Shown: positions 6,934 to 7,023 of the stretch, one piece after another
Layout: the number at the start of each line of letters is the position of its first letter
Numbering within the stretch: position 1 is the first letter of the stretch
Source of the DNA: Octopus sinensis
Lineage: Eukaryota
DNA length: 7,023 nt
Direction of reading: 5' to 3'
NCBI RefSeq assembly: GCF_006345805.1
Contig: NW_021828988.1
Span: forward strand, 1 to 7,023
Translations under genes and position numbers: made by a program
The notes under the pieces: model-generated
The model's input: the letters and a program-made list of their open reading frames with translations, nothing else
Database searches by the model: none
Told to the model about the DNA's origin: nothing

Positions 6934-6950
6934 GTATATAGTATAGATAA

Positions 6951-7023
6951 AGTCATGGCAGTGTGGTTAAGAATCTCGGATTGCAATCTATAGGCCTCAG
7001 GTTCAGTCCAGCGGCACAGCCCC
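6951..7023 (+). mobile_element. tRNA-derived SINE head, cut off by the window end
   Basis: A box TGGCAGTGTGG (6956-6966) and B box GGTTCAGTCC (7000-7009), with the same spacing as the other copies. Confidence 0.65.

Overview
AT-rich animal genomic DNA, intronic or intergenic, with no intact host gene. The SINE and microsatellite content resembles Octopus (coleoid cephalopod) repeats; this assignment is from recall and needs a database check. The window is a mosaic of mobile-element remnants. (1) A hAT (Buster/Charlie-type) transposase C-terminus on the - strand (45-585), missed by the ORF track and split by a nested tRNA-derived SINE. (2) A 3' fragment of a CR1/L2-group LINE (631-1030, -). 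(3) Two copies of a Tx1/L1-clade LINE in opposite orientation (2141-2588 - and 3833-5050 +). (4) Five tRNA-headed SINE copies, one complete with an exact 14-bp target-site duplication. (5) Many microsatellites. The most notable observation is that the longer Tx1-like copy is 5'-truncated and sits directly between two same-strand (ATCT)n arrays, as expected for a microsatellite-targeting retrotransposon. Its 3' UTR also carries two near-identical hairpins bracketing a polypyrimidine tract. Most ORFs in the supplied track are microsatellite or antisense artefacts.
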